Positions 9,152-19,219 of a DNA stretch of 64,000 nucleotides are shown piece after piece. The translations under genes were made by a program, and so were the position numbers. Source of the stretch: an uncultured Pseudomonadota bacterium. Its GTDB lineage: Bacteria > Pseudomonadota > Gammaproteobacteria > Ga0077536. The notes beneath the pieces are model-generated. The model had not been told where the DNA came from and did not search any database. It was given only the letters and a program-made list of their open reading frames with translations. The stretch spans positions 31,910-95,909 of the forward strand of contig CACJXQ010000001.1 of the NCBI GenBank assembly GCA_902597385.1. The letters are read 5' to 3'. The first letter of the stretch is position 1; each line of letters begins with the position of its first letter.

Positions 9152-10387
9152 ATGTTCTCAATCAGATATTATGGGTGGCCAATGGTTGGCTTAGGCTTCC
9201 TTTTCTATGGTCTTGGGATTGCTCCGGCGTATTATAGTTGGGGTTTTTTTGCACCGGAGATAATAGCTGATCTTCACCTTACGCGGCAGCAAGTAGGAGA
9301 GATATTTGGTGCATTTGCTTTGATGTTATCTATAAGCAGCTTGGCCTCGTCCACCTTAATTAACCGATTGGGTCTCCGTGTGACGGTAACATTAGGAGGC
9401 TTGCTTGCGTCGATTGGTTGGCTTCTTGTTAGTCAGGCGAATTCGGTATCCCAGCTTTATATGAGCTATGCGCTTATCGGTGGTTTGGGTATCGGTCTCT
9501 CTACTCTGATACCAGCGCAAACTTTGGCCGTTTTTTGGTTTCGTCGTTATCGCGCGCGAGCTACTGCGATCATATTTTTTGGGGCAGCCTTTTTTGGAGC
9601 CATCGTTACTCCTATAGATGCTTATATTCTGACTGTTGCTGATTGGAGAGTGGCTTGGCTTTATATTTCCTTGATCTCACTTCTAGTCGCAATAGTTGGT
9701 GCGTTGTTTTTGCGCGATAAACCTGAGGACGTTGGCCAACAATGTGACGGGGATTCAATACAGGACAAAAATCTCTTTGAACCTATTAAATCTGAAGGCA
9801 AAGTGAGCTCCATTACCGTAAGACAAGCCGTCTTTACCCCTCAGTTTTTTTTCGCTACCTTTGCTGATGTTGCAAATGCTGTTCCGTGGCGCATTATTAC
9901 AGCGCACGGGAGGTTGCATATGGAGAGCTTGGGTTTCGCTCCCTCGTTAGCGGCAGCAATATTGGGCGTGAGAGTAGGGATGAGTGGGCTTGGTCGCTTG
10001 ATGGGTTCTCTGGGTGACTTCGTATCTCCTAGGTACATTATGGCGCTTGCGTTGCTATTTACTGCTACTGGCGTCGGAGGGTTTTGGTTCGCCAAGACAA
10101 GCTTTGTCGCGTATGTTTGTGTTGCCTTGATGGGGGTGGGCTATGGGGCAGCATTTACTACTATTCCAGTAATTTTTGGGAATTTATTTGGACGAGAGCC
10201 CTTTGTTGGTATAGCTGGCTTTCGTGTTGCGATAACTGGATTAGTCGGTTTTTATGGCGTGAGTTGGGCGGGTGCAGTTGCTGATCGCTCAGGTAACTAT
10301 GACCGGGTGCTGGTGATCTTAGCCCTTATATGTGCCGTGGCTTCCATTTTAATACTTCTTTGCAAAAAGTCGAAGCTGAAGGGATAA
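9152..10387 (+). CDS. MFS transporter (OFA/MCT-like)
   Basis: About 12 TM; YYGW, WFRRYRARA, LRDKPEDVG. Confidence 0.85.
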   Translation: MFSIRYYGWPMVGLGFLFYGLGIAPAYYSWGFFAPEIIADLHLTRQQVGEIFGAFALMLSISSLASSTLINRLGLRVTVTLGGLLASIGWLLVSQANSVSQLYMSYALIGGLGIGLSTLIPAQTLAVFWFRRYRARATAIIFFGAAFFGAIVTPIDAYILTVADWRVAWLYISLISLLVAIVGALFLRDKPEDVGQQCDGDSIQDKNLFEPIKSEGKVSSITVRQAVFTPQFFFATFADVANAVPWRIITAHGRLHMESLGFAPSLAAAILGVRVGMSGLGRLMGSLGDFVSPRYIMALALLFTATGVGGFWFAKTSFVAYVCVALMGVGYGAAFTTIPVIFGNLFGREPFVGIAGFRVAITGLVGFYGVSWAGAVADRSGNYDRVLVILALICAVASILILLCKKSKLKG

Positions 10388-10468
10388 CATGTTGCGACTG
10401 CTTTTCTAAACGGTACTCTCCGGCTCACGTTGGTCAAGCGACCTATTTTCAGTCGATGAACAGCCTTT

Positions 10469-11542
10469 TTACAGTTTGCTAATTACTTCGTTTCCAAATT
10501 CGCGTATGAGTTGCCGTCCATCTGTTCCACATACATTGAGGGCAATGTTTGTGACGCCAGCGTCCTCTAATTGCCTGATTCTATCTCTCACTTCTCCAGC
10601 CTCCCCCGTTAGAGTCGATGCTTTTATGAGCTCCGGTGATAAGTATTTTTCTTCGCCCTCTTGCAAAAAAGTTAAATGGCCCTTGTGCATTTCTTGGTAT
10701 CTTTTTTTCATAGGTGTTTTCATTTTCATTATATGTTGGTCAAAATACTTTTTTGCTTTCTTAGCAAATTGTGGAGGTGAAAACGGTCCTACACTCATAT
10801 TTTCAGAAGACCAGTTGGTATGAAGCATCAGTATAGCGAATGGTCCGACTTGTTGAATTACCCTAGGTGACATAATGTCTTCACCTGGGCGTAAAATACA
10901 GCCAGAAGTTAAATTGGTCGTGTATACTGCCTCGATCGAGCGATCAAACGACTTCGCGGCTTTCTTGATAGTTTTTACGCCATTTGAAATATGGTCAGCG
11001 TTCAGGCCAATAGTTACCCATCCGTCTGCAATTTCCCCCACAAGCTCTAATGCTTTTGGACCATTGGATGCCATATGGATTGGAATATTATCTTTTACGT
11101 TTATGTAACCGCCGGTTGGGTTCAAAAAGCGAATGCTGCGAACTATTTTACCCTCTTGGTATTTTGTTTCCTTGCCGGATATTAGTTTGCGTATTACCCC
11201 AACCTCTTCTTTCATGGTTTTCAGTTTAATAGGTGGCATCCCCATTACATTTCTCCCCGTGAATCCTGTGCCCACACCAAGAATAGTTCTGCCAGGTGCC
11301 AATTCATTTATCGTGGCAATGGAATGTGCCGTTACGGGTGCAATACGATTTCCCAAAATCGATACTAGAGTTCCTATTTTTAGATAACGGGTATGTTCTG
11401 CGGCAAGGGCCATTGCTGCATACACATCGCTATAGCACATTTGGGAATCGTAAAACCAAGCATGCGAAAAGCCATAATCTTCAGCTAATTTAGCATCGTG
11501 ATAAGCCCTTATATAGGATGGAAAAGTAATTCCAAAGTCCAT
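10469..11542 (-). CDS. LLM class flavin-dependent oxidoreductase (Mer-like)
   Basis: AEDYGFSHAWFYDSQ, TINELAPGRTILGVGTG, GPKALELVGEIADG. Confidence 0.88.
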   Translation of the reverse strand: MDFGITFPSYIRAYHDAKLAEDYGFSHAWFYDSQMCYSDVYAAMALAAEHTRYLKIGTLVSILGNRIAPVTAHSIATINELAPGRTILGVGTGFTGRNVMGMPPIKLKTMKEEVGVIRKLISGKETKYQEGKIVRSIRFLNPTGGYINVKDNIPIHMASNGPKALELVGEIADGWVTIGLNADHISNGVKTIKKAAKSFDRSIEAVYTTNLTSGCILRPGEDIMSPRVIQQVGPFAILMLHTNWSSENMSVGPFSPPQFAKKAKKYFDQHIMKMKTPMKKRYQEMHKGHLTFLQEGEEKYLSPELIKASTLTGEAGEVRDRIRQLEDAGVTNIALNVCGTDGRQLIREFGNEVISKL

Positions 11543-11633
11543 AGTGTTTCTCCAATAATTTATCTTTTTTCAGAAGATGCAGAAATTATAGCAGGCGAGA
11601 AATAAAAATGTCGTGGGGGAGAACTCCTTAAGC

Positions 11634-12890
11634 TCAGTTAAAAGCCTGTTCTAATCTGCCTCGCTTGAAACCAAATTTTATTATGCCACCGATAATAGTT
11701 AGGTTTATTATGTTGGCAGTGATGCCAGCTAGAAAGCCAGTGCTGTAATTATTTAATAGCGCATAAATCCTGCCGGCTATTTCCGGTCCGAGAGCCATCC
11801 CAACCGCACCAAAGAAAACTACTAATCCTACTTTGAAACCTAACCCCTCTGCGGGAAGATATTCTCGAAGTATGACGGGATAACAAGGGAGTATTCCCCC
11901 AAAACCGATGCCAAATATTATTCCTGCTAAATATAAATATGCTAAACCGTCAGAAATGGTAAGACCAATCAGGCCAATCGCCTGAAGAGACGATGCAGTA
12001 AAGAGGGTCTTAAGGCCGCCTATGCGATCGCAGATAAAACCCCATATAATTCGAGCTATCACTGAAGAGGTCATAAGGGCCGATAACAAAATTGCACCCT
12101 CCTCTATACTAAAACCAATACTCTTAGCATAATTAGGAAGGTGGACCATAGGCATAGACATCGCTATGCAACAGCCCACTACTGCCATGCATAAAAGACA
12201 AACAAATAGATGAGCTGGGACTACAAATAATTTAATTTGAGCCTTTTCATCATTCGCGGTGACAGATTCTACGCTTTCGGGAGGTCTATTTCCTCTAAGA
12301 AGGAAGCACATTGGGAGCATTGTAATTAAAGCGAATATTGCGAAAGCTCGATAGCAAGAAGAGAAACCGTATTGAGCATTCCACCAGAATAATATTGGTG
12401 GCCACACAGCGCCCCCTAAAGCATTTCCAGCACCAACTACAGCGGAGGCAATACCTCTGCGCTCCTTGAACCAAAGCATCGTATTTGAGAGTAGAGGTGC
12501 AACCAAGGCCGCGTTACCAAGAGCACCTAGCAAAAGCCCATACACTATTACTATTACATTAAAATCTCTAATTTCTGAAATTAAGTAACAACCTGCGGCT
12601 ATCGATAGACTGCCTAAAATAGCAGGCCCGAAAGGTCCTTTTTTATCAGCCACCCAGCCCATCAGTATTCCCCCTATCCCCATTCCCACCATTGCTGCAC
12701 CATAGGGTAAAGAGGCCGATTCAGCTGATATTCCTAGCTCGGTTACTTGGGGAACAATGGCAATGGCAACGAGATAAAATATCCCCGAGCCAATGGTAGC
12801 TAATCCCAAAGAACTAAAGGCAACGACCCACGCGTAAGCTGAATCAACTTGATATATATTTTTTTTCAAAGGACACTCAGCTTCGCTCAT
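11634..12890 (-). CDS. MFS transporter (OFA/MCT-like)
   Basis: DSAYAWVV, GWVADKKG, WFKERRGIA, GFICDRIGG; about 12 TM. Confidence 0.88.
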   Translation of the reverse strand: MSEAECPLKKNIYQVDSAYAWVVAFSSLGLATIGSGIFYLVAIAIVPQVTELGISAESASLPYGAAMVGMGIGGILMGWVADKKGPFGPAILGSLSIAAGCYLISEIRDFNVIVIVYGLLLGALGNAALVAPLLSNTMLWFKERRGIASAVVGAGNALGGAVWPPILFWWNAQYGFSSCYRAFAIFALITMLPMCFLLRGNRPPESVESVTANDEKAQIKLFVVPAHLFVCLLCMAVVGCCIAMSMPMVHLPNYAKSIGFSIEEGAILLSALMTSSVIARIIWGFICDRIGGLKTLFTASSLQAIGLIGLTISDGLAYLYLAGIIFGIGFGGILPCYPVILREYLPAEGLGFKVGLVVFFGAVGMALGPEIAGRIYALLNNYSTGFLAGITANIINLTIIGGIIKFGFKRGRLEQAFN

Positions 12891-13094
12891 TAATTAGGAG
12901 TCACTCTATCATGTATCCCACTTACATTGAATTCGGGAAATCTAGACTCAGTAGATTTTTTCTTGATTAGATTATGGAAGTGCTACTGTCTAGGATTTGT
13001 GCCATTAACAGCAACAACATTAAGGTCCGGCAAAAGACATATTCGCTTCATAAGCAGATGCAAGTATTGATTAGTTCAGGAGTTCTTCGCGTTC

Positions 13095-14198
13095 TTAGTT
13101 ATGCCCTGGAATTTGGAATGGTTTCTTCCAACTTGCTCCATGCTTTAGAACTCTAAATTTATTGGTTAACACTCCCGCTTTCTCTAATGCAGATTGCAGC
13201 TTTCTGGGTGGCTCATCCATCTTTTCTAAAGTGAGTTTAAAAGTGCCCCAATGAATAGCTAGGGCATATTCTGAACCGAGATCTTGAAAGACCTTGACTG
13301 CCTCGGTGGGGTTGATATGTGAGGATTTCATGAAATCTCGTGGTTCGTAGGCCCCTATTGGTATGGCGGAGAGGGTAGGTCTTCCTAGTTTTTGCGCAGT
13401 TAGCTTGAAGTCTTGTGAATAGCCGGTGTCACCCGCAAAGTAAAATGAGAAATCGGACCACCTCACCATCCATCCAGCCCAAAGGCTCTTATTACGATCA
13501 AACGGCGTACGTTTAGACCAATGTTTCACCGGAGTGGGTTGAATGTTCGCATCGGAGAAATCAACGGCTTGCCACCAGTCCAGCTCTTCAACCGACTGCA
13601 CCCCCCATTTTTTTAAAAGGCCTTTTAGTCCCAGAGGAACCAGATATTTTATTCCGGGCTGTAGTTCGACTAGTTTTTTTATGCTCTTCTCGTCAAGATG
13701 ATCGTAATGATTATGACTGATGAGAACCACGTCAACTTCTGGTAAGTCAGATATTTTAAATGGAACAGGCGTTACCCGTTTCGGCCCAACAAATCGAAAA
13801 GGTGATGCTCTATAGTAAAATTGAGGGTCAGTTAATATTGTTAAGTCATTATAATTCAGCAAAATTGTCGAGTGACCAACCCAAATGACATTATTTCGGA
13901 AATCATTCAGTTTGTCTCTCGAGTTGATCTCTACTGGAAAACCCTTGATCTCGGATGCATCCCTATCACGTGTGAAGTAGTCAAAGGCGAAACTAGAAAA
14001 CTCTTTGAAGGTTTCCTTGTCTTCGATGCCACTCAAATTTTGGAAGCGTTTAGTGTTTTGGTTAAAATTGGAAGAGTCATAATATGAGCCTTTGCCAGAG
14101 CAAGCGGAATTAGAGAGCATTAAGAGCAACCCTAAGACTACAAACTTTGGTGACTGCGAGTTATTAAAAGAAATAGAGGGTCGTAATTTACCCAGCAT
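13095..14198 (-). CDS. MBL-fold metallohydrolase, NAPE-PLD/RomA-like, probably exported
   Basis: WVGHST, LTDP, ISHNHYDHLD, HWSKR, FAGDTGY, PIGAYEP, IHWGTF; N-terminal hydrophobic segment ending NSAC. Confidence 0.9.
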   Translation of the reverse strand: MLGKLRPSISFNNSQSPKFVVLGLLLMLSNSACSGKGSYYDSSNFNQNTKRFQNLSGIEDKETFKEFSSFAFDYFTRDRDASEIKGFPVEINSRDKLNDFRNNVIWVGHSTILLNYNDLTILTDPQFYYRASPFRFVGPKRVTPVPFKISDLPEVDVVLISHNHYDHLDEKSIKKLVELQPGIKYLVPLGLKGLLKKWGVQSVEELDWWQAVDFSDANIQPTPVKHWSKRTPFDRNKSLWAGWMVRWSDFSFYFAGDTGYSQDFKLTAQKLGRPTLSAIPIGAYEPRDFMKSSHINPTEAVKVFQDLGSEYALAIHWGTFKLTLEKMDEPPRKLQSALEKAGVLTNKFRVLKHGASWKKPFQIPGHN

Positions 14199-14570
14199 TG
14201 TTAAGTTCCGAAAATTAGCTTAAAGACGATGATGGAGATACCCAGATCCACCAGAATCCTTATCATAAAATTAGTCTAATACTTTTTCCAAACTTTTTTG
14301 TGTTAGTTTTTTGATTGGCTTCTTTCTTAATGTTCTATGAAAACAATAATTGTAGACTTGATCAGTTTGTTGTGCCCGACGAATAATTTTATGGCAACAG
14401 TCATTGAGAATCCGAATTAAACAATAATTATTAGTTGAAAAGTATAAATCAGTCTAAACCTACATATCATTGCAATCGTGTAACTTCGGTATGTTTTTGA
14501 TTCACCGCTGGCGCGAGTTGGCTCGTACTAACATTTTATCTAGCTGGAAATCAGCTTTCGGAGTGTTCTT

Positions 14571-14798
14571 ATGCTAAAGAAAGGGTTTCGTTTGCCATCA
14601 TATTCGGAATCTGAGACTAATGAATTTATTCAAATGGCGCTTTCCGACGACGTTCCGTTCCGAAGTATAACGGCGCACTTTGGCATAAAAGAACAACAAG
14701 TCAAAGAAATAATGAGGGCGTCTATCTCCAAGAAAGGCTATATCCGTTGGAGAAAACGGGTCAACAGATTAACGAAGAGAAGACACTGCTACAAATAG
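14571..14798 (+). CDS. DUF2805/TIGR03643-like small protein
   Basis: IQMALSDDVPFRSITAHFGIKEQQVKEIMR...YIRWRKRV matches the recalled family pattern. Confidence 0.7.
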   Translation: MLKKGFRLPSYSESETNEFIQMALSDDVPFRSITAHFGIKEQQVKEIMRASISKKGYIRWRKRVNRLTKRRHCYK

Positions 14799-14882
14799 TG
14801 AAACATTATAGCGGGCTTACCTTATGGTTTTTATCGTTATATCGTGATGCAACCTCTATAAAGTAGTTTCGGCGAAGAAATA

Positions 14883-14913
14883 GCTGACGACTTCAACACC
14901 AGAAATCGTCAGC
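14883..14913. terminator. Stem-loop between convergent genes
   Basis: GCTGACGA...TCGTCAGC 8-bp inverted repeat just beyond the stop of 14923..15648. Confidence 0.55.
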
Positions 14914-14922
14914 CTTCTTAAA

Positions 14923-15648
14923 TCAAGAAATCAATTTTTCTACTCGGCTCTGGTTAGACGCGATCTTTCTCTGATTATCCTCTATACCTTTGCGCCTAGC
15001 CAATATTCCAGCGGAATTCTTCTCAATAGCAGCCCTATTTTTGGCAGCTGTTTTGAGTAGACCGAGTATCGTCGATGCGTTTCCCTTGGCAACTTTTAGG
15101 ATTTTTCCTAGCCTTTCCTTGTTGCGGGCAATTCTTCGGGCATTTGAAGCAGGCGTGGCGGCCTTTGGCGATAAACCAGTAGCTAAAAATTTGGAATTTA
15201 AGGCGACATTCTTACTATTGAAGGAAACGATGCTTTCGTTAGATTTCATAATTTTGGAGTTTATCTCAATGAGTTTAGTATTTACCTCCGCCATCATCCT
15301 GTTGACTTCCAAAACTGATGCGTTTAATGCCGCTCGGTGTTCTAGATAATCTATTGAGGCTTCGTTCATGCAGGATTCCACATAGTTTCGTTGCACATCA
15401 GTTTGCGTGTCTAAACTACTCAAGATAGTTTTCCGATTTCTGAAAATATCGTCCGTATTTTGGTTAGCCAACTGTCTGTTTCCCATGAAAGCTGCGGTAT
15501 AATTTTTTAAAATAAGAGCTCTGTTTTCTTCGATGGAAGAGCGTGTCGCATAAGCGTTAGCTTTATTCGCAGTCACCTGACATTCAAGTCCAAAAACTGC
15601 TTTTCTGTTCTTCATTATATTCTTTCTGTTGGATTTAGCGGTCGCCAT
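14923..15648 (-). CDS. Basic Asn-heptad coiled-coil hypothetical protein (241 aa from MATAKS)
   Basis: Strong RBS AGGAG upstream of ATG 15648; Asn every 7 residues over long stretches; downstream hairpin. Confidence 0.85.
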   Translation of the reverse strand: MATAKSNRKNIMKNRKAVFGLECQVTANKANAYATRSSIEENRALILKNYTAAFMGNRQLANQNTDDIFRNRKTILSSLDTQTDVQRNYVESCMNEASIDYLEHRAALNASVLEVNRMMAEVNTKLIEINSKIMKSNESIVSFNSKNVALNSKFLATGLSPKAATPASNARRIARNKERLGKILKVAKGNASTILGLLKTAAKNRAAIEKNSAGILARRKGIEDNQRKIASNQSRVEKLIS

Positions 15649-15906
15649 TTTAAATTCTCCTCGTCTTAGATGTAGTTGTTTCAAGCATTTGACTTGAACT
15701 GTATCGTTCTCACTTCCCAGTTAAGAAAATCAAGTCAAACCTGCGAAGATTCACATGGTATCTTGAATTTTTTCCGAATCTAGGACCCCCAGTTTAGAAT
15801 TTAACGCGAATTATTCTCATTTGTCTACAAATTAGACGATTTTCCATCAGGCGAATTGTGGTAGGTCGTGGTTCATTCTAGTTTTGAAAAAAATTAAGTT
15901 TTTATT

Positions 15907-16047
15907 CTAGTTGCCTGAAGTGCTAAGCAACCAAATTACTAGAGCTGTAATTAGTAGTAGAGGTGCTACTGCTCCTCGCACCTCGTATTTAAAAAGAAAA
16001 GCGAATAGTAAAAGCCAAATTGTTATGATGATTATCAGAAATATCAT
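15907..16047 (-). CDS. Possible 46-aa two-TM small protein (not in the ORF track)
   Basis: MIFLIIIITIWLLLFAFLFKYEVRGAVAPLLLITALVIWLLSTSGN; no clear RBS. Confidence 0.4.
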   Translation of the reverse strand: MIFLIIIITIWLLLFAFLFKYEVRGAVAPLLLITALVIWLLSTSGN

Positions 16048-16125
16048 TATTAGCTTTGAATGACCTTTTCTAAGTAAATATACCACTTAACGCACATCGG
16101 AATATTATTCTTCGGAACATTTTGT

Positions 16126-17016
16126 TTAGGGTATTTTTCTTTTTTCAACCTTCGACAGTTGATCAGTATTGAAGTGGGCTTTATTGCGAGGGCCTCGCCC
16201 GAGCGCTAGCTCGGGCACCATAATATCGAATTCCTCAGCGACATTTTCTGGATCTGAAAAATAGCCTAATCCGTAGGAGCCTTGTGTGTATCCTACGAGC
16301 TCTTGGAGCTCTTCATCGAGGGTTTTGGCAATGTGTGGAGGGCATGAGAGAAACTGATTTTCTTGTTGTCTAAGCCAAGCGAGACAATAGGTGAGATTCA
16401 ACCCTGTTCGAGGTGTATCAGATATATTCTTCCCACCTCCATGCAGTACCGAGCCTGTATATAACAGTACGGAGCCCTTGGACATCTCTATTGTATCAAT
16501 TTCGTCGTTCTGTGCTTGTCTATCCCAAGCCCAGTTCTGAGAACCCGGTATCAATTTCGTGGCCCCGTTTTCGATATTAAAGTCTGTAATAGCCCATAGC
16601 GTATTAAATTGAGGTTCGATTTCTTTTGGTATGTGAGTTCCCCATGCGAACCGATCTCGATGTATTAATTGGGCCTCAGAGTGAGGATATATGGTAGTTG
16701 CTTGTGTGAGATGTAATGTGATTTTCTCTGTGTATTTGGCGAGAAATTTTCTCGCCAAATAGAGAATCCGTTTGTCTACTATAAAGTTACGACTGCTTGG
16801 AGTTCGCGCTATAAGTGCACCCACTCTTCGCGTCAGCTTTCCCGAGAAATCGTCTCTACCGTAGGGAGAAGCGCTAAGAAAAGGTCTAAGTTCGGATTCG
16901 AATTTTTCTATTGCCTTTTTTTCTGCAGCGTCAATTAGAACCGCAGCCCCATCTTCTATGATTGCTTGAAGAACCTTATCTAATTCTGTATCCAGTCCGA
17001 AATACTGTATGGGCAT
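16126..17016 (-). CDS. Phytanoyl-CoA dioxygenase (PhyH) family Fe(II)/2OG oxygenase
   Basis: QLIHRD, WAITDFNIENGATKLIPGS, GSVLHGGG, WLRQQENQFL. Confidence 0.9.
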   Translation of the reverse strand: MPIQYFGLDTELDKVLQAIIEDGAAVLIDAAEKKAIEKFESELRPFLSASPYGRDDFSGKLTRRVGALIARTPSSRNFIVDKRILYLARKFLAKYTEKITLHLTQATTIYPHSEAQLIHRDRFAWGTHIPKEIEPQFNTLWAITDFNIENGATKLIPGSQNWAWDRQAQNDEIDTIEMSKGSVLLYTGSVLHGGGKNISDTPRTGLNLTYCLAWLRQQENQFLSCPPHIAKTLDEELQELVGYTQGSYGLGYFSDPENVAEEFDIMVPELALGRGPRNKAHFNTDQLSKVEKRKIP

Positions 17017-17029
17017 CGTTCTCCCTCCA

Positions 17030-17230
17030 TTAAATTGATTCGAGCATTATAATTCTAGGCTTCGTAAGCGCAACGCAGCATGAGCAGCTGCTCCATTGAG
17101 ACCGATTATTTTCAAATCTTCCCATTTTCTCCATGTAATGAAAATCAATAGAGATAGAACCCCCGTAGTGTAAGTCACACTCCGAGACTTTCGCAATGTA
17201 GATTTTTCGTTTTAGAAAACCTAAGTACAT
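17030..17230 (-). pseudogene. panD: Aspartate 1-decarboxylase remnant (internally deleted, frameshifted)
   Basis: MYLGFLKRKIYIAKVSECDLHYGGSISID keeps K9 and the G24-S25 cleavage site; a shifted frame from 17109 reads IIGLNGAAAH; the intervening segment is missing. Confidence 0.8.
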
Positions 17231-17352
17231 AGATGGTATCCTGTTAACCTTATAAATTTATTTCTAAAAATGTGACAATACTTGGGATAACATCCCTTTC
17301 CAAGATAACTATAATAAGTTGGAAAACTAATTTTACACAGGAGGTTGTAAAA

Positions 17353-19071
17353 ATGCTTGATCTGGTTATTAAGGATGCAAAGATAGTTGATGGAAGTGGA
17401 CGCCCAAGTTTCTATGGTGATGTTGGCGTTCAAGGCGATAAGATAGTTTTTGTAGGAGCGAAGGCGGCAAGAGGAAAACAAGAGGTTAATGCTGAGGGCA
17501 GATTGTTGTTACCTGGTTGGGTTGATGTGCACACACACTACGATGGTCAAGCTACTTGGGATGAATACCTCACTCCATCCTGTTGGCACGGTGTTACGAC
17601 CGCCATCATGGGTAACTGTGGAGTTGGTTTTGCGCCCGCAGATCCTGGTAAGCGAGAATGGCTAATTGGTCTAATGGAAGGTGTAGAAGATATACCAGGG
17701 ACAGCGCTTGCCGAAGGTATCCAGTGGGAATGGGAAAGTTTTCCGGAGTATCTAAATGCCCTAGAAGCTAAACCTAGGGTCATGAATTTGGCTGCCCAAA
17801 TACCTCATGGCCCTGTGAGGGCTTATGTGATGGGTGAGGCTGGAGCCCAAAATGTCGCCGCAAGTGATCAGCAAATGTTGAAGATGGCCGCAATAGTTAG
17901 AGAAGCAATTCGGGAAGGAGCTCTTGGTTTTTCTACCTCCAGAACTGTTTTGCATAGATCAATTGATGGTGAGTTGGTTCCAGGTACCAATGCAGATGCT
18001 GCCGAATTAATAACAATAGCCAAAGCTATGGGAGACGTGGGTAATCCTGTTTTTGAGGTGGCGTCTGATCTTGCGCCCGAATCAAAAGAGCTCGGCTGGA
18101 TGGAAGATATTCTCAATACCGGATGCAAGATTACATACGCTTGCGTTCAAAATGACTTTGACCCAGAGCAGTGGCGGCGATTGCTTTCCCATGCTAAGAG
18201 GTTTCCAGGGAAAATTTTCCCCCAAGTAGCTATAAGGCCGCCAGGGGTTCTCATGTGTTTAGAGGGAACACATCCGTTTTCTGGAAGGAAGACCTATATA
18301 GAGCTCCAAAAATTACCATTGAACGAGCGGATAAATCGGCTAAAAAGTCCTGAAATCAAGAGAAAAATATTAGGCGAGGCCGGCACTAAAGCGAGTTCAC
18401 TTTTAAGATTATTATTCATAGAGGGTAAGGAGATTAGTTCAAAAATAACTGATTACGACAGGATTTTTACCCTAAATAATCCACCAGAATACGAACCAGA
18501 AGCTAGTTCTAGTGTCGCGGCGATCGCTGCTATTGCCGGTTGTGATGTCGAGGAAATGGCCTACGATTTGCTCTTAGAAGATGAAGGTCGAGCGTTTCTA
18601 TACTCGCCACTTTTCAATTATGTGTCAGGTAATTATGATGATGCTAGAACAATGATGCTCGACGAACATACAGTTGTCGGTATAAGTGATGGCGGTGCGC
18701 ACTGCGGAATGATATGCGATGCCAGTGCTCCTACTTATTTACTTCAGCATTTTGTAAGAGACAGGACCCGCGGTCCACGGATAGGATTGGAGCAAGCCGT
18801 AAAGCTACAAACATATGATACGGCATCTCTCTATGGATTGTCCGATAGAGGTCTAATACAAGAAGGGCAAAGGGCGGATTTGAATTTGGTAGATTTTGAT
18901 AAATTGGAGCTGACTGTTCCAGAAATGGTTGATGACTTGCCTGCTTTTGGGAAACGCCTAATTCAAAGGGCGGAAGGATATGAGGCGACCTTTGTCGGTG
19001 GTAAAATGACTTTCAAGAATGGTGAAGCTACTGGCATTCTTCCAGGAAAATTGGTTAGAGGAAAGACTTAG
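17353..19071 (+). CDS. N-acyl-D-amino-acid deacylase family amidohydrolase
   Basis: PGWVDVHTHYD, GVTTAIMGNCGVGFAP, SDGGAH; GGAGG RBS before ATG 17353 (ORF track start 17272 is probably too early). Confidence 0.9.
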   Translation: MLDLVIKDAKIVDGSGRPSFYGDVGVQGDKIVFVGAKAARGKQEVNAEGRLLLPGWVDVHTHYDGQATWDEYLTPSCWHGVTTAIMGNCGVGFAPADPGKREWLIGLMEGVEDIPGTALAEGIQWEWESFPEYLNALEAKPRVMNLAAQIPHGPVRAYVMGEAGAQNVAASDQQMLKMAAIVREAIREGALGFSTSRTVLHRSIDGELVPGTNADAAELITIAKAMGDVGNPVFEVASDLAPESKELGWMEDILNTGCKITYACVQNDFDPEQWRRLLSHAKRFPGKIFPQVAIRPPGVLMCLEGTHPFSGRKTYIELQKLPLNERINRLKSPEIKRKILGEAGTKASSLLRLLFIEGKEISSKITDYDRIFTLNNPPEYEPEASSSVAAIAAIAGCDVEEMAYDLLLEDEGRAFLYSPLFNYVSGNYDDARTMMLDEHTVVGISDGGAHCGMICDASAPTYLLQHFVRDRTRGPRIGLEQAVKLQTYDTASLYGLSDRGLIQEGQRADLNLVDFDKLELTVPEMVDDLPAFGKRLIQRAEGYEATFVGGKMTFKNGEATGILPGKLVRGKT

Positions 19072-19219
19072 ACTATATTACTTAATTTTCTCCTGTGAAC
19101 AATCCTCATGAAGGAGAAGGGCCTATATTTAAGGGGGTATTCACTCGGCCTAAAGGTTGGCCGGTCAAATCTATTTGGTTTTACTAAGATTTAATCAATT
19201 ATAAAATTTTGCTAGATAA

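Noticed and set aside
14200..14470. Short hydrophobic reading-frame fragments, possible pseudogene
   Set aside because: Multiple stops and no recognisable family.
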